Source: Lytechinus pictus
Lineage: Eukaryota
Reading direction: 5' to 3'
Length of the DNA stretch: 64,000 nt
NCBI RefSeq assembly: GCF_037042905.1
Contig: NC_087252.1
Coordinates: 13,022,001 to 13,086,000 of the forward strand
Below the pieces are notes generated by a model, which did no database searches, was not told the DNA's origin, and saw only the letters and a program-made list of their open reading frames with translations. Within the stretch, counting starts at the first letter, position 1, and every line of letters begins with the position of its first letter. Below, piece after piece: positions 53,501 through 64,000 of the stretch. Made by a program: the position numbers and the translations under genes.

Positions 53501-56500
53501 TTACCTCAATGGCTAGAGCATCTCCCTTCAGCATCATGCAAAATCTTGTACCATTACGCTAATACCTATTCGCTATTTGTATGCTGATACACTTTATTAC
53601 AAGTGATAGCAATTGATAGCATCCTTCAAGTTACAGGAGCTACATCACAGTTAAGTCGTATGATAGTAAATTGAGCTTAACTTTACACTCGGAGCCAGAG
53701 TAATGAAATGGTCCAGTGACTTCATTCTGTTTTGGCCTCTAGTGCTTTGGTCGGGTGTGGTTAATGTCATAGATTGCTAACTCTCAATGTAATTTTCAAT
53801 TATCCTTCGTTTAATCTTGACCATTTTCGTGTCATGCATAAATCTATTTCTGCCATTTTGCAATAGTTTTTTTTTGCAATTTACAAAATCAAACAACATA
53901 TCCCAAAATTTGTTGGGGGTTTGGGGGGGGGGTTTGGTCATTCTATTTTCTCTTTATTTTATAGCATAATCCTGGGCCCTTAATGATGTTTCTGTAATGT
54001 GTATGAACCTCAAGTGCAATTTTGAATTTTACACTTATGATCTTAATTTGATTATCTTTTTGTTAATTTGTAGGTATATCATTTCATGTATTTTTCCTTT
54101 TTTTCTGTTAACTTTGGAGTGTCAGTCTTTAATCTGTTTTTACAATGTCTTCATATAATAAACCAAATTGAATTGAAGTCTTCTAGTCTTCTGAAGATTT
54201 ACATACCTTCGTCTCTGAGAGAGCCGTCTCTATGCCATCCTTGTGTTGGTGCATCTGATCAACATGAGTTCTCCAATCCTTATTGTCTGTCCTAATGTGA
54301 ACCTAAAGAATTATTATAAATGGTTATTTATCATAGCAAAGAATAGATGTTAATCCTCTCTAAATACTCTTCATAATGAGTAGTCAAGGTACATGAAACC
54401 ATTTTTAATATTTTGATGAGCTAGTGATGTTATTAATTCAATACGGAATAGGAGCATAATTTGCTTTAACTTATTTTTAATAACTTTTTATTTGCTTTAA
54501 AAAAAGAATTATAGAATGATTTCTTCTAAGCCATGTTAACTCCAACACATATAAATTATCAACTGCTTTTCAAGGGATTCTAAAATTTTGTTTGTTTATG
54601 GTTTGTTCCTAGTACTATGTGTTCTTTTCTCCAAATGCAAAAATCTTTTCTGTCACTGTGAATATCATTTTAACATGGTTAAAAAATTTATTTAAAAAAA
54701 AATCATTTTCATCATGATTTTTTATCTAATTGTTGCGATGATGGGGCATATTGAAGCCCTTTTGCATTATACTTTGTGCAAAACAACTAGGCCTGGGACA
54801 GAGCGCTTTTTGCCAATCAATTGTTCAACAAGGTGACAATCAAATAGTCAAACAATCAAGTTCCTGGTTTATCAAAAACAATAAAAAAGTTGGCCTATTT
54901 ACACATCCTTCCAGTGACCACACATAATAAGCAAGCTGACTCAGAGCGCGGCCGTCATTAAAAGAGTTACCATGTTTGGAATTCATTAAATTTTATTTAT
55001 CTTGCACTTTGTAGTCAAATATCAAAGCTTATATTATAACATTATATACTTTTGATACTAGTAATCGAATGTCTCAAATCAGTAGTCAACATTCGATAAG
55101 TGTAAAAAGTAGTATTTGGTTGCCAATTGTTAGTAAACCAATCAAATGCATTAATTGTTTGAGTTTTACTCCAAGACCTAATAGGGCATTTTCCTCATAA
55201 CTACGCAGATGTTTTCTGAAATGTTGAGAATCTATTGTCAAAAGCCCTTCATGGCAAAACAGCATTTGTTGAAAATCAGTGACTCAAAACAGCAGCATTG
55301 TCCTGAATTCTAGACAAACAACATATTTCCTTTTTTTTTTCTAGTACAAATCTTCAACTTTCGACAAAAACCTCTCAGATGTCCATTGTGGTTTGACTTG
55401 CCTTCCTTTTCAAAGGAATTGGTGCATTGTAGAAAGCATCTGCGTAGTGATTGCTTAAATACGCTAATAACCCGACCTCAATACCAAAGGTTAACATGGT
55501 AACATGAAGTGATTGAATTTGGAATTACCTTTAGGGAAGGTGTGACCCTTTCAACCTCTAACCTCCATTCATTAGCATCAACGGACGACTCCATGATCTC
55601 CTCTGGTCTGGAGCTCTCTGCTGTTTCCTGTACATAGGTCAAAGGTCAAGCCTTGTAAAGGTTAAATGACTTCTGGGGGCCCCATAACAGATGGCTCAGT
55701 GATCATCTTTGAACTTTTTTAATGAGTTATTGCATTGATTACAATGTACAATCAATCATGAAAATCAAGTTTATGATTAATCACTAATCTTTGTGTAACA
55801 GGACCCTGGGACTTTTCATGAAAAAAAAATTATACCATTGACCATACTGAACTTAACATTAATACTTAAAGGTGTCCATAATCAAAATGAGAGCATTATT
55901 CTTCATTACATATTAGGAATAATAAGCATCATAAAATTGATTTTATTAGTACTGAATTTAATTAAACTGTTAATGGATGACTCCACCTCATCTGGTGGAT
56001 GTTTCATAAAGCTCTTCTTAAGTTATTAGAGACCTTACAAATGACTGGTGATCCTTCATTAGGAATTAAAATCAACGCAAAAAAATGAAAATATGATGTA
56101 TATCATTCACCAGAAGAGAAGATCTACATTCTTTTGTAAAGTTGCTTGTAAATTACAGCTAGCTTAATGAAACACCCACATGGGGGAGCCTTTCATCAAC
56201 ATTTTCGTCTCACAAGTTGTTACTGGACCTCTAGGAAGAACATAGCTATTATATCAATGGCTCTGATTAGAGTGATCCATCCGAATCTTTTTAAGTGTTT
56301 ACATACATTTATTTATATTTAATCTTATATCTTGTGCAATGTATTTTGTTGTGATTTTTATACGGTAACTAAAACAAAACCAAACCAAACCAAAGATCTG
56401 ACAAGTTTGCCTGATTTTGATCGGCAGGGAATCATTGTTACTATGGTAACTACCGGATAAAACAGGACTTGTCAGATAAAACTTCTGACAAGTCCTTTCA

Positions 56501-59500
56501 CGCCATACTCCCCTGGGGGCCACTCATAAAGCTGTTTGTAAGTTAATAGTGACTTGAAGAACTGGTGATCATTTCTTGTGGTGAATGAATTAACCACTAA
56601 ATGATCATAGGTGATTATTTAGCGCGTAAGAAAGGTTCACCGGTCGTTCTTGACACTCTTTACTTACAAACAGCTTTATGGAACACTCCCCTGGTCTTGA
56701 GCGCTGCTGTTTCCTGCAGATGGTTCGACAATTAACTGTCTACTTGAGGGCTCTACAGGACTAGGATCAATAAAAGCTGCTAATGCTATAGTTACAACTG
56801 CGAAACTGACTCGAGATTGACCAAATCTATTATGTTATTTCCAATGACATACCAGCAAGACGGATTTGAGTCAGTTTCAACAGTGTGACTAGCATCTAAA
56901 GCAAGTACAAACCTTGTTTGTTTGAAGATTCCTTAGCCCTTCCAGATCAAGAAAGCTTTCATCTTCGTCTACATCCTCTTCCTCCTGAGAGATGATTAAT
57001 ATTAATACTTATTAAATTATAATTATAATTATAGTCATAGTATTATGTTTATGTACAGAGTGTCTAAAAAATATAAAATTTTGAAATGGCTCTAATTACA
57101 GTCAAACCTGTCTTAGTGGCCACCTGTCTATAGTGGCCACCTGCTTATAGTGGCCACTTTAAATTCCGTATGCAGGAAATTCATGTGTTGTAGACCCTGA
57201 CTATAGTGGCAACCCGTCTAATGCAGCCAGTGGACACTCATTTTGCGACCCTTGGTACATAACCCACCCTCTATAGTGGCCACTAAAAATCAGCTTCACA
57301 GAATCTTTGGACTCCAACAGTAGCTGAATGGCTAGTCCTGCATCTAAACATGAAATCTTTCTCTTAAATAACAATCATACATGCAAATTGCAATCAACAT
57401 AAATTGATGGATTAAAATAGATGCATTTTGCAATATACCCTATACAAAAAAATTAGGTCTAACTCATTAAAAACGCATACTTTATGTCCAGTGCATTAAT
57501 TGCACACTACATTTCAAATCCAAGATGGCAGCCAACCTGTCTATAGAGGCCACTTTTGTTGTTTTCCCTTCGGTGGCCACTATACACAGGTTTGAGTGTA
57601 TGTCACCATGGGGAAAGGTTAATTAAGAGACAGAGAAAGCCAATAAACAGAAATTTCAGATGACCCCAAAAAAATTGGAAAACTATTCATGCATGAGTGA
57701 GCACTGCCCAATTATATAAAGATTATGGAAATTAGCCTGGGCAGAACTTAGCCTTCTAGTTTTTTTTTTTAGTTTTTGAAAGGCAAGTTCTTTGAAACTT
57801 GCAAAGTTGAATTTTGAATTGTTAATCATAAATCAAATTCATCTTTTCAGAAAATTTTATGAGTTATTAAATCTAAAAAAAATCCAACATGAGAGAACAA
57901 GAATTGCAATTATTAGTATAACATTTAAATGTTATCTTGTAAATTTCAGCAGTGTGTACTGATCATTGAGGAGATGATGACAATGATGCTGCTCTGGGAT
58001 GACAATTATGGCAATAAAAATAAACATGCAAAGTGATAAACTTACAGCTATTTCATCATCTACTTTGTCTAGAGTGAGTTCCACATCATCATCCACAGTA
58101 GACTCTTCCTCAGTCTCCTCCTCTGGATATAAAGGCCTGAAAGAGAGAGTTAATGAATATAAAGAATGCATTGGATTTAATGTGGACAGCGCCGCAACAG
58201 GAGATTTGCTCCTGTCACATACTGATATCTTCATCCAGTCATGTAACAGCAAACAATAGGCATAAGAACAATGTTGAATGAAACAACAGTACTCCAAAAC
58301 GAGAATGTACCATTCAGTGGAGCGTTGTGGCCCAGTGGATTAGTCTCCGGACTTTGAAACAGAGGGTCGTGGGTTCAAATTCCAGCAATGGCGTAATTTC
58401 CTTCAGCAAGGAATTCATCAACAGTGTACTGCACTCGACCCAGGTGAAGTGAATGGGTACCAGCAGGAAGTAATTCCTCAAAAAGCTGTGTGCACCTGAA
58501 TCAGTAGCCTAGCTTTGGCGGGTGATAATAATAGCAGGCGCCGCTGGGAGAACAGTTTTCGGAACTGAAGTGGCTAAATATACCGTTATTATTATTATTA
58601 TTCATTTCCCTGTTTCAAAATGTTACAGAGCGTTACATTTCTCTTCAACAAAGTGGAATCCTTATGAGGTCGGAAAATCAGATTTAAGTTTTTGTCAAAC
58701 TCACACCGCAGCAAGTTTAATGGTGCTATGTTTACTTTAATAAGTATGCAAACTCTGTCAAATTGTGCCCCTTGGTGAGATAAAATTCTAAGTACTCATG
58801 AAACAGCATAAGGAGACTATAACGTGTTGAAGGACTACATGTACTTGAAGTTAGCTTTAAGTGTGATGACTTCGGCCCACATTATCAAAGGTGGTTTCAA
58901 TTGCACCATGGAATAAACGTATAGAACATAGAATATAGAATACTTGTAGACATTACTCTTCATTGAAGCATGACTTTAGCTCCCTTAGCTAGAGGCGGGC
59001 ATTAAATTGGGCTTTTCTTAGCGAATGCAAGGGAATACAATTATGTATTCAAAATCCCCATAGTCAATGGATCTTTTACCATGGTACAATTGAAACCTCT
59101 TTTGAGAATGCAGACCTTTATGTCGTACTTGCTTAAAACTGTGTGTGAAGCAGACCCCCATATCGAAATTTTACTCACTTTCCCCATTTGAATCCAGATT
59201 TCTTGAGAGCCTCATCCGCCAGCTTGTCCAAGACATAGATGCAGTATTCCCCATGGCCAGTCTTGAGTTTGTTTGGAGGGAAGTCTGTAGCTGCCCCCAG
59301 TTGGCGGACCTCACCAAGGATGTTTGCTATCGTGGCATTTGGATCATCGTACTGAATATGGAAGACAAAAGTATTGCTAATGACTACTTGGTATATGTGT
59401 TCATCCTCTTGGTCTACATGTACTTCCCTTTTGGTCTTAGCAGAGAGCTGCCTAACTGAAGAACATTTCAGTATTTTCAAAACTGAAAAATAATTTTTTT

Positions 59501-62042
59501 GGTAAGGAAATCAGTATTTTCAAAGATATACCACAGGACAACACATAAACCTGAAACTTTAGAAATCAGTATCTTGCATGAAACCATCAGTATTCTTCTC
59601 ATTTTCAGTACTAAATATAGAAAATCTGTACTATTTGGTAGCTCTGTCTCATGGTCTATCTCATGGTCTAATCCTGGTTAATCTACAACAAATTTGTCTA
59701 TTCATCACTTGGTCTAATTGCAATTTAGCTAATTTAGAGAAATGCAAAACCCATTTATTTTTTACATGTACATGTATGTGTACATCCACTTGGGACTACT
59801 TCCCATTTGGACTCCTCCCACATGGTCTAATCCTGGTTCATCTACATGTACACAATCAATTTGTCTATTCATCGTTTGGTCTAACTGCAATTTAGCTAAT
59901 TTAGAGAAATGCAAAACCCATTTATTTTTTACATGTACATGTATGTGTACATCCACTTGGGACTACTTCCCATTTGGACTCCTCCCACATGGTCTAATCC
60001 TGGTGCATCTACAACCACTTTAATAATAAAAATATAAAAACATTTATAGAGCGCTTAATGTGGGCGTTTCTAAGCGCGCTGTGTTCTGAATTTAACTTGC
60101 ATGGGAAAACAAATTCAATGGGCATAATAATAACTCAAAGTGTGACAGAAATCATTAAGAGAGAGAAAAAAAAATACTAATAGATTAAAACACCTGGTGT
60201 GCACCTCTAATGACCGACCCACAACTGGGATTCATTGATTGAAAAGGAATGTTTTGAGCAGGACCTTTTAAAACTGACTGACGGACTTGGCACTATGCAT
60301 GTGCATCATTTGGTCTAACTGCTATTCAGCTTATTTATAGATACACAAAACCTATTTTTGACAAATTTTACACAGTGCAAATAATAGGCAGATGAAATAG
60401 GTTTACATACCTCTTGTGGCCTGTCAAACTGCTTGCCACTTAGACTTATCAACCAGGCTGAGAGTGATGTAAACATGTAGAACTGCTCCCCAGGGTTAGT
60501 GGCAATCGCAAAGTAGTGCCTGGAAAGAGGCTTGAAGCCAAGTTCTTTTAAGAACTCCTCCTCATAGCTCAAAAGCTGTGAAAAAAAACAAAAATAGTGA
60601 ACAATATGACCACAATGAAGAATAATGATAAGTGAGCCTCGAAAAACAGCATTGAACAAAATATTGCATAATTAATTTGATGCTCAAGGTCCGTGAACCT
60701 GACGGGCCAATGTAGTCACATTGTACTGCTCTAAAAAATACACTCACAAAAATGGGGGGGGGGTTTGTTCTACATGTAACAAATAAGTTCCAAACTGCAT
60801 ACCAGCAAACCATCAAATAGGCTCATTATCATAATTATTATTATTATTATCATCATTATTATTCTTATCACCATTGTTATCATCATTATTATTGTTATTA
60901 TAATTATTTTTTTATTATCATTTTAATATTATTATCATAAAAATTGGTCTATTGGGTACACTTTATATCACACAAACAGAAACAATAAAAGAGGTGCAAA
61001 AAGAGTATCCCACGCCAAAGAAAGAGGCATCAATGCGCACTGAGGACAATCATTAGGAATTGGTTTAATTTAAACTCTATTCATTTGTTTCCAGACTTGC
61101 CCTTTGCCACTCACCCTGAATAAAAAAGCACAAGTTCAGTGACCTCAAATGACTTTTGACCGTGACTTCATGACATTAATTTCATATCATCTGTAGTTTC
61201 GGAAAACCATCTCACCAAGTTCAAATTTCATATCCTTTTCTGTCAAAGTTGTATCTTAACCTTTGATATTGACTCTGTGAACTGAAACAATACTTGTCCC
61301 ATCACTGATACCTGATAACCATTTTGTGCCAAGGTTTCACAAAATAGGAAATTTAAAACTTATATTGAAAATTCAAAATCTTATATTGATACCACAACAT
61401 GATTCAGGTTTATTGACCTCTATGACGTTTGAGATTGTAAACCTGTAACTCTGTAATTATATTCATCCATTTGCTGATGCTTTTTAACTATCAAATCTAA
61501 GCTTTAGTGAATAGGGACTTATACTCTCAAAATTATCCTGAGACTTTAAAATCTTCACCATTGCTTAAATTTTTTATGGACTTTCACTTTTAAAGATAAA
61601 TGCCAGTTGTGGCAACACTTTCATAATAAATTTGTGGCTTTAGTGTTTATATAAACGGGTATTTACTTTCACTGTATATATTTCTTATAAATGTAATACT
61701 ATTAATGGTTTTACATGTTTAATATGGCTTTTTTTATGTTTATTGACTTGGAAGTTGTGAACAAAACAAATTTCCAATAAAGACGAACTTGAACTTGAAT
61801 CCAAGATCAGTCTAAACCTGGGATGAAAATGGTTTAATTAAACTTGGTTTCACAGAGCTTCTTTATATGAAATCAATGTTTGCTGCAACCATGACTGCAG
61901 CTACTTTCGTTTATCTTTAATATAGACAAAGTATTACACGTACCTTTAGTTTATCAAGTAGGTCTTCCATGATGATGTAATGCTGATACATCTGGCCTGG
62001 CCCGATCTCACTGCTGTCATCTCTTCCTTTCTCTTCCCCCAT
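50381..62042 (-). CDS. IFT57: Intraflagellar transport protein 57 homolog (HIPPI), 10 coding exons, 410 aa
   Basis: Exons 62042-61944, 60575-60411, 59351-59179, 58136-58046, 56984-56913, 55627-55529, 54302-54207, 52868-52737, 52321-52192, 50556-50381. All introns GT-AG and phases consistent (1233 nt). IFT57 motifs: MEDLLDKLKLL.YE, SRHYFA..TNPGEQFYMF, PQEYDDPNATI, DFPPNKLK.G.GE, EWRLEVERV.P.LK, KDWR.HVDQMHQH, LEKIGSREKYINNQLE, KQEMEERGSSMTDG.PLVKIKQ. Confidence 0.96.
51720..52135 (-). mobile_element. Interspersed DNA-element copy (Kolobok-like) in the last IFT57 intron
   Basis: Homologous to 39380-39760 over its terminal ~130 bp. Confidence 0.5.
52192..52321 (-). CDS. IFT57: IFT57 coding exon 9
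   Basis: tacag|VKEQYRQASGGV...GSSMTDG|gtaagt, 130 nt. Confidence 0.95.
52737..52868 (-). CDS. IFT57: IFT57 coding exon 8
   Basis: attag|GYLDKLHKEITRTLEKIGSREKYINNQLE...GLAE|gtaaac, 132 nt. Confidence 0.95.
53860..54177 (+). mobile_element. 3'-UTR fragment of the same LINE family as 28111-31667
   Basis: Aligns by eye with ~31340-31640 (GGTCATTCTATTTTCTCTTTAT, TGAACCTC.AGTGCAAT, GTGTCAGTCTT, TTTTACAATGTCTT, ATAATAAACC.AATTGAATTGAA). Confidence 0.85.
54207..54302 (-). CDS. IFT57: IFT57 coding exon 7
   Basis: ttag|VHIRTDNKDWRTHVDQMHQHKDGIETALSETK|gtatgt, 96 nt. Confidence 0.95.
55529..55627 (-). CDS. IFT57: IFT57 coding exon 6
   Basis: tacag|ETAESSRPEEIMESSVDANEWRLEVERVTPSLK|gtaatt, 99 nt. 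Confidence 0.93.
55995..56690. mobile_element. Three adjacent Harbinger-type MITEs (~55995-56179, ~56183-56512, ~56516-56690)
   Basis: Each has inverted ends (GTTTCATAAAGCT/AGCTTAATGAAAC; GGGGAG/CTCCCC with ACAAGTTGT-like subterminal repeats; CATAAAGCTGTTTGTAAGT/ACTTACAAACAGCTTTATG). Separated by CTG/ATG triplets. Confidence 0.75.
56913..56984 (-). CDS. IFT57: IFT57 coding exon 5
   Basis: ctcag|EEEDVDEDESFLDLEGLRNLQTNK|gtttgt, 72 nt. Confidence 0.88.
57099..57598. mobile_element. pogo/Tigger-like MITE, TA TSD
   Basis: TA|CAGTCAAACCTGT ... ACAGGTTTGAGTG|TA, with multiple internal TATAGTGGCCAC repeats. Confidence 0.85.
58046..58136 (-). CDS. IFT57: IFT57 coding exon 4
   Basis: tcag|(K)PLYPEEE...VDDEIA|gtaagt, 91 nt. 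Confidence 0.92.
58319..58602 (+). mobile_element. tRNA-derived SINE in an IFT57 intron
   Basis: GGAGCGTTGTGGCCCAGTGGATTAGTCTCCGGACTTTGAAACAGAGGGTCGTGGGTTCAAAT..., near-identical head to 9720-9982; (ATT)n tail. Confidence 0.88.
58873..59117. mobile_element. Harbinger-type MITE
   Basis: Inverted ends CATTATCAAAGGTGGTTTCAATTGCACCATGG / CCATGGTACAATTGAAACCTCTTTTGAGAATG. Confidence 0.7.
59179..59351 (-). CDS. IFT57: IFT57 coding exon 3
   Basis: cag|YDDPNATIAN...GFKWG|gtgagt, 173 nt. Confidence 0.95.
59662..60016. repeat. Intronic tandem duplication, ~160-bp unit x2.2
   Basis: Units start CATGGTCTAATCCTGG at 59662, 59821 and 59988 and are nearly identical. Confidence 0.9.
60411..60575 (-). CDS. 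IFT57: IFT57 coding exon 2
   Basis: cacag|LLSYEEEF...FDRPQE|gtatgt, 165 nt. Confidence 0.95.
61944..62042 (-). CDS. IFT57: IFT57 coding exon 1
   Basis: MGEEKGRDDSSEIGPGQMYQHYIIMEDLLDKLK|gtacgt. Candidate upstream acceptor near 62359. Confidence 0.88.
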
Positions 62043-62930
62043 CTTGATTAAGAGTCTCTTGGGATACTATATCCCTGGGTTCTTGTATGGACACTGACTT
62101 CTTACACCAGTATCCCCAGTGTCCAAAAATTGCTTATAGAGGCTGTTCAGTGTAACCTCTCAGAATCAAACTTTCAGTTAAAATTTGATGGTAATTGTAA
62201 AGAAAAAAATTTCAAAAAATTGTATGAAGATCATACAACTGGGTATCTTTCAGCTTACAAGCTGTTGTGATGCCACTTCATATGAAAAAAATGTCTGTTG
62301 ATGATAATGGACGACACAGTGGATTCCTATGACATTGCTCTTCTCCCAGAGTAGGATGCTGCAACAGAAAGAGATATAATTGATAGTTAAATAATAATAT
62401 TCTGCATTTATATAGCTTTTAACACATCGGAACGATGTTTCTAAGCGCTTTACAGATATATTATTACCCCGGTCATCGCATCCTTGCATGCCCGCATACA
62501 ATGTATGCACCTTCTCCGCTCCTTGGGGAGCATTCCAACAAGAGTTCCCAGACTCAATTGCTAGGCATACTGCATAGTTTCATAATATATGTGCCACCAA
62601 TATTCATTATCTATCTTACATGTGCGTAAACAAATTTTACCTGACACACGCAAATAAAATGCAAGGGTCAGGAGTGACAATTTGAAGAAAAAAAATTATT
62701 GAACAGAAAAATTAGTCCGAATTAGAGAATACGGATTAAGTAGCACAAGTTAGAACGGAGGAAAACTGTAGTGTTGACTCTTGACAGTTCTGTCACATCT
62801 AATCATTTCACAGAATTTTGACAGAGCCTTTATAATACTTAGCCAGCAAAATTCAGGTAAAGTCAATCTTTACATTCATATGCTATTCCACGTTTGTTAG
62901 CATACATGTACACACTTCTGACAGTCCTTT

Positions 62931-63080
62931 CTCGTGTTAAGTACTGGTATATCTATATATTTTGTTTTAATACCATGGATACTGTACTACCACCAGAGGA
63001 GATACTCGTGTTAAGTATCGGTATATCTATATATTTTGTTTTAATACCATGGATACTGTACTACCACCAGAGGAGATACT
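62931..63080. repeat. 74-bp tandem duplication x2
   Basis: CTCGTGTTAAGTA...CCACCAGAGGAGATA starting at 62931 and 63005. Confidence 0.9.
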
Positions 63081-63629
63081 ACGATCGATGAACAGGCACT
63101 CAACTCAAGCCTACAGCATCATGGACTTAAAGTAAAGTAATAATCAAAACAATGATTGCAGGCATTAACAGAAAGACAAGAAAAGACTAACAGTACTGTC
63201 TGGCCAAACGTCTTTCATTTTGAAGCCAACCAAGGCCCTATTTAGTATTGCATGGAAGTTACAATTGAAGTTAACTTTGCTGTCTAGTCAGTGATTTTAA
63301 TTGTAACATCCACGGAATCCTTGACATTTACTGGCCATTGAGCACATGACAGCAAAAACATTTTATGAATCTCTTTTAATGAAGCAGACCCCTGCACATG
63401 TCAATGGAATGCATGTACGAAGACGAAGTGATCCATTTTTTGACCTTGACTCAGTCAATTGAAACACTGCATGAGCATGGTTTCATCTGTCTCACTGAGC
63501 TTGACTGTCTTGACTTGAGTCAGTGGACAGTGAGTGATTGATAATGAAAAACTAACATTGTAAAAAAACTCAAAATAATTTTTTTTTTTGTCTTTTTTAA
63601 AAATAGACCTAGATTCTAGGCCTAATTCT

Positions 63630-63900
63630 AACTGCGCGAAGCTTCAGTCTCCCTGTACGCCGCTAGCTGCGGCCAGCCGTGCCAGCAGGCGCTGCAGAGC
63701 CGCCAGAGAGGAGCGCTCACCGAACACGGCCAATATGGGAGACTGTCTCCCATGAGAGAGATTATTTCCAATATTAGAGACTTTTGTAAATTTGGGTATC
63801 CAATTTCAGAGAGTCTCCAGTTTGGGAGACCAATTTCCTTTGCTTACATTTGCTGCAAAAGGATTAGCTTGGCAGCAAATAAAAATGTGATGAGCAGATT
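63630..63900 (-). promoter_or_regulatory. CpG-rich region with probable non-coding first exon and promoter of IFT57
   Basis: Local CpG/GC peak 63630-63735 and a minus-strand donor TCG|GTGAGC at 63721/63720, 1.7 kb upstream of the ATG. Confidence 0.5.
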
Positions 63901-64000
63901 CCTCATGAAAAATTACCCCTTTTCAACGTCTACTTTGAAAATTCACCATCTACTTTTGTTTTGATAAGGATTTTTGTTGTCATCCACACACAAAACAAAT

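Noticed and set aside
63736..63830. Canonical promoter X-box for IFT57
   Set aside because: The GTCTCC/GGAGAC half-sites have the wrong orientation or spacing for the 14-bp consensus.

Overview
Eukaryotic, AT-rich, repeat-dense animal genomic DNA. The SINE and MITE repertoire suggests a marine invertebrate, most likely a sea urchin (inference, not verified). The one clearly intact host gene is IFT57 (intraflagellar transport 57/HIPPI) on the minus strand. It has 10 coding exons from 62042 to 50381, all GT-AG and phase-consistent, giving 410 aa, plus an inferred non-coding first exon near 63.7 kb. Most of the rest is transposon-derived: a Penelope-like element (GIY-YIG endonuclease, hammerhead-like motif) and TIR elements stacked in (TA)n tracts; an intron-containing, decayed Harbinger (HARBI1-like) transposase split by a SINE; a very decayed DIRS/Ngaro-like retroelement; an RTE LINE; a nearly full-length CR1-group LINE; an Academ-like element with internal ~180-bp repeats; tRNA-derived SINEs; and many MITEs. 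Just downstream of the IFT57 3' end lies an 8.6-kb C-rich 27-bp minisatellite with higher-order structure, including four copies of a ~180-bp non-satellite module. Other notable observations are a degenerate duplicate of IFT57 exon 6 split by three tandem MITEs and RFX X-box-like motifs in IFT57 introns. No CRISPR array, rRNA or bona fide tRNA gene was found, and I cannot claim a new biological system with confidence.
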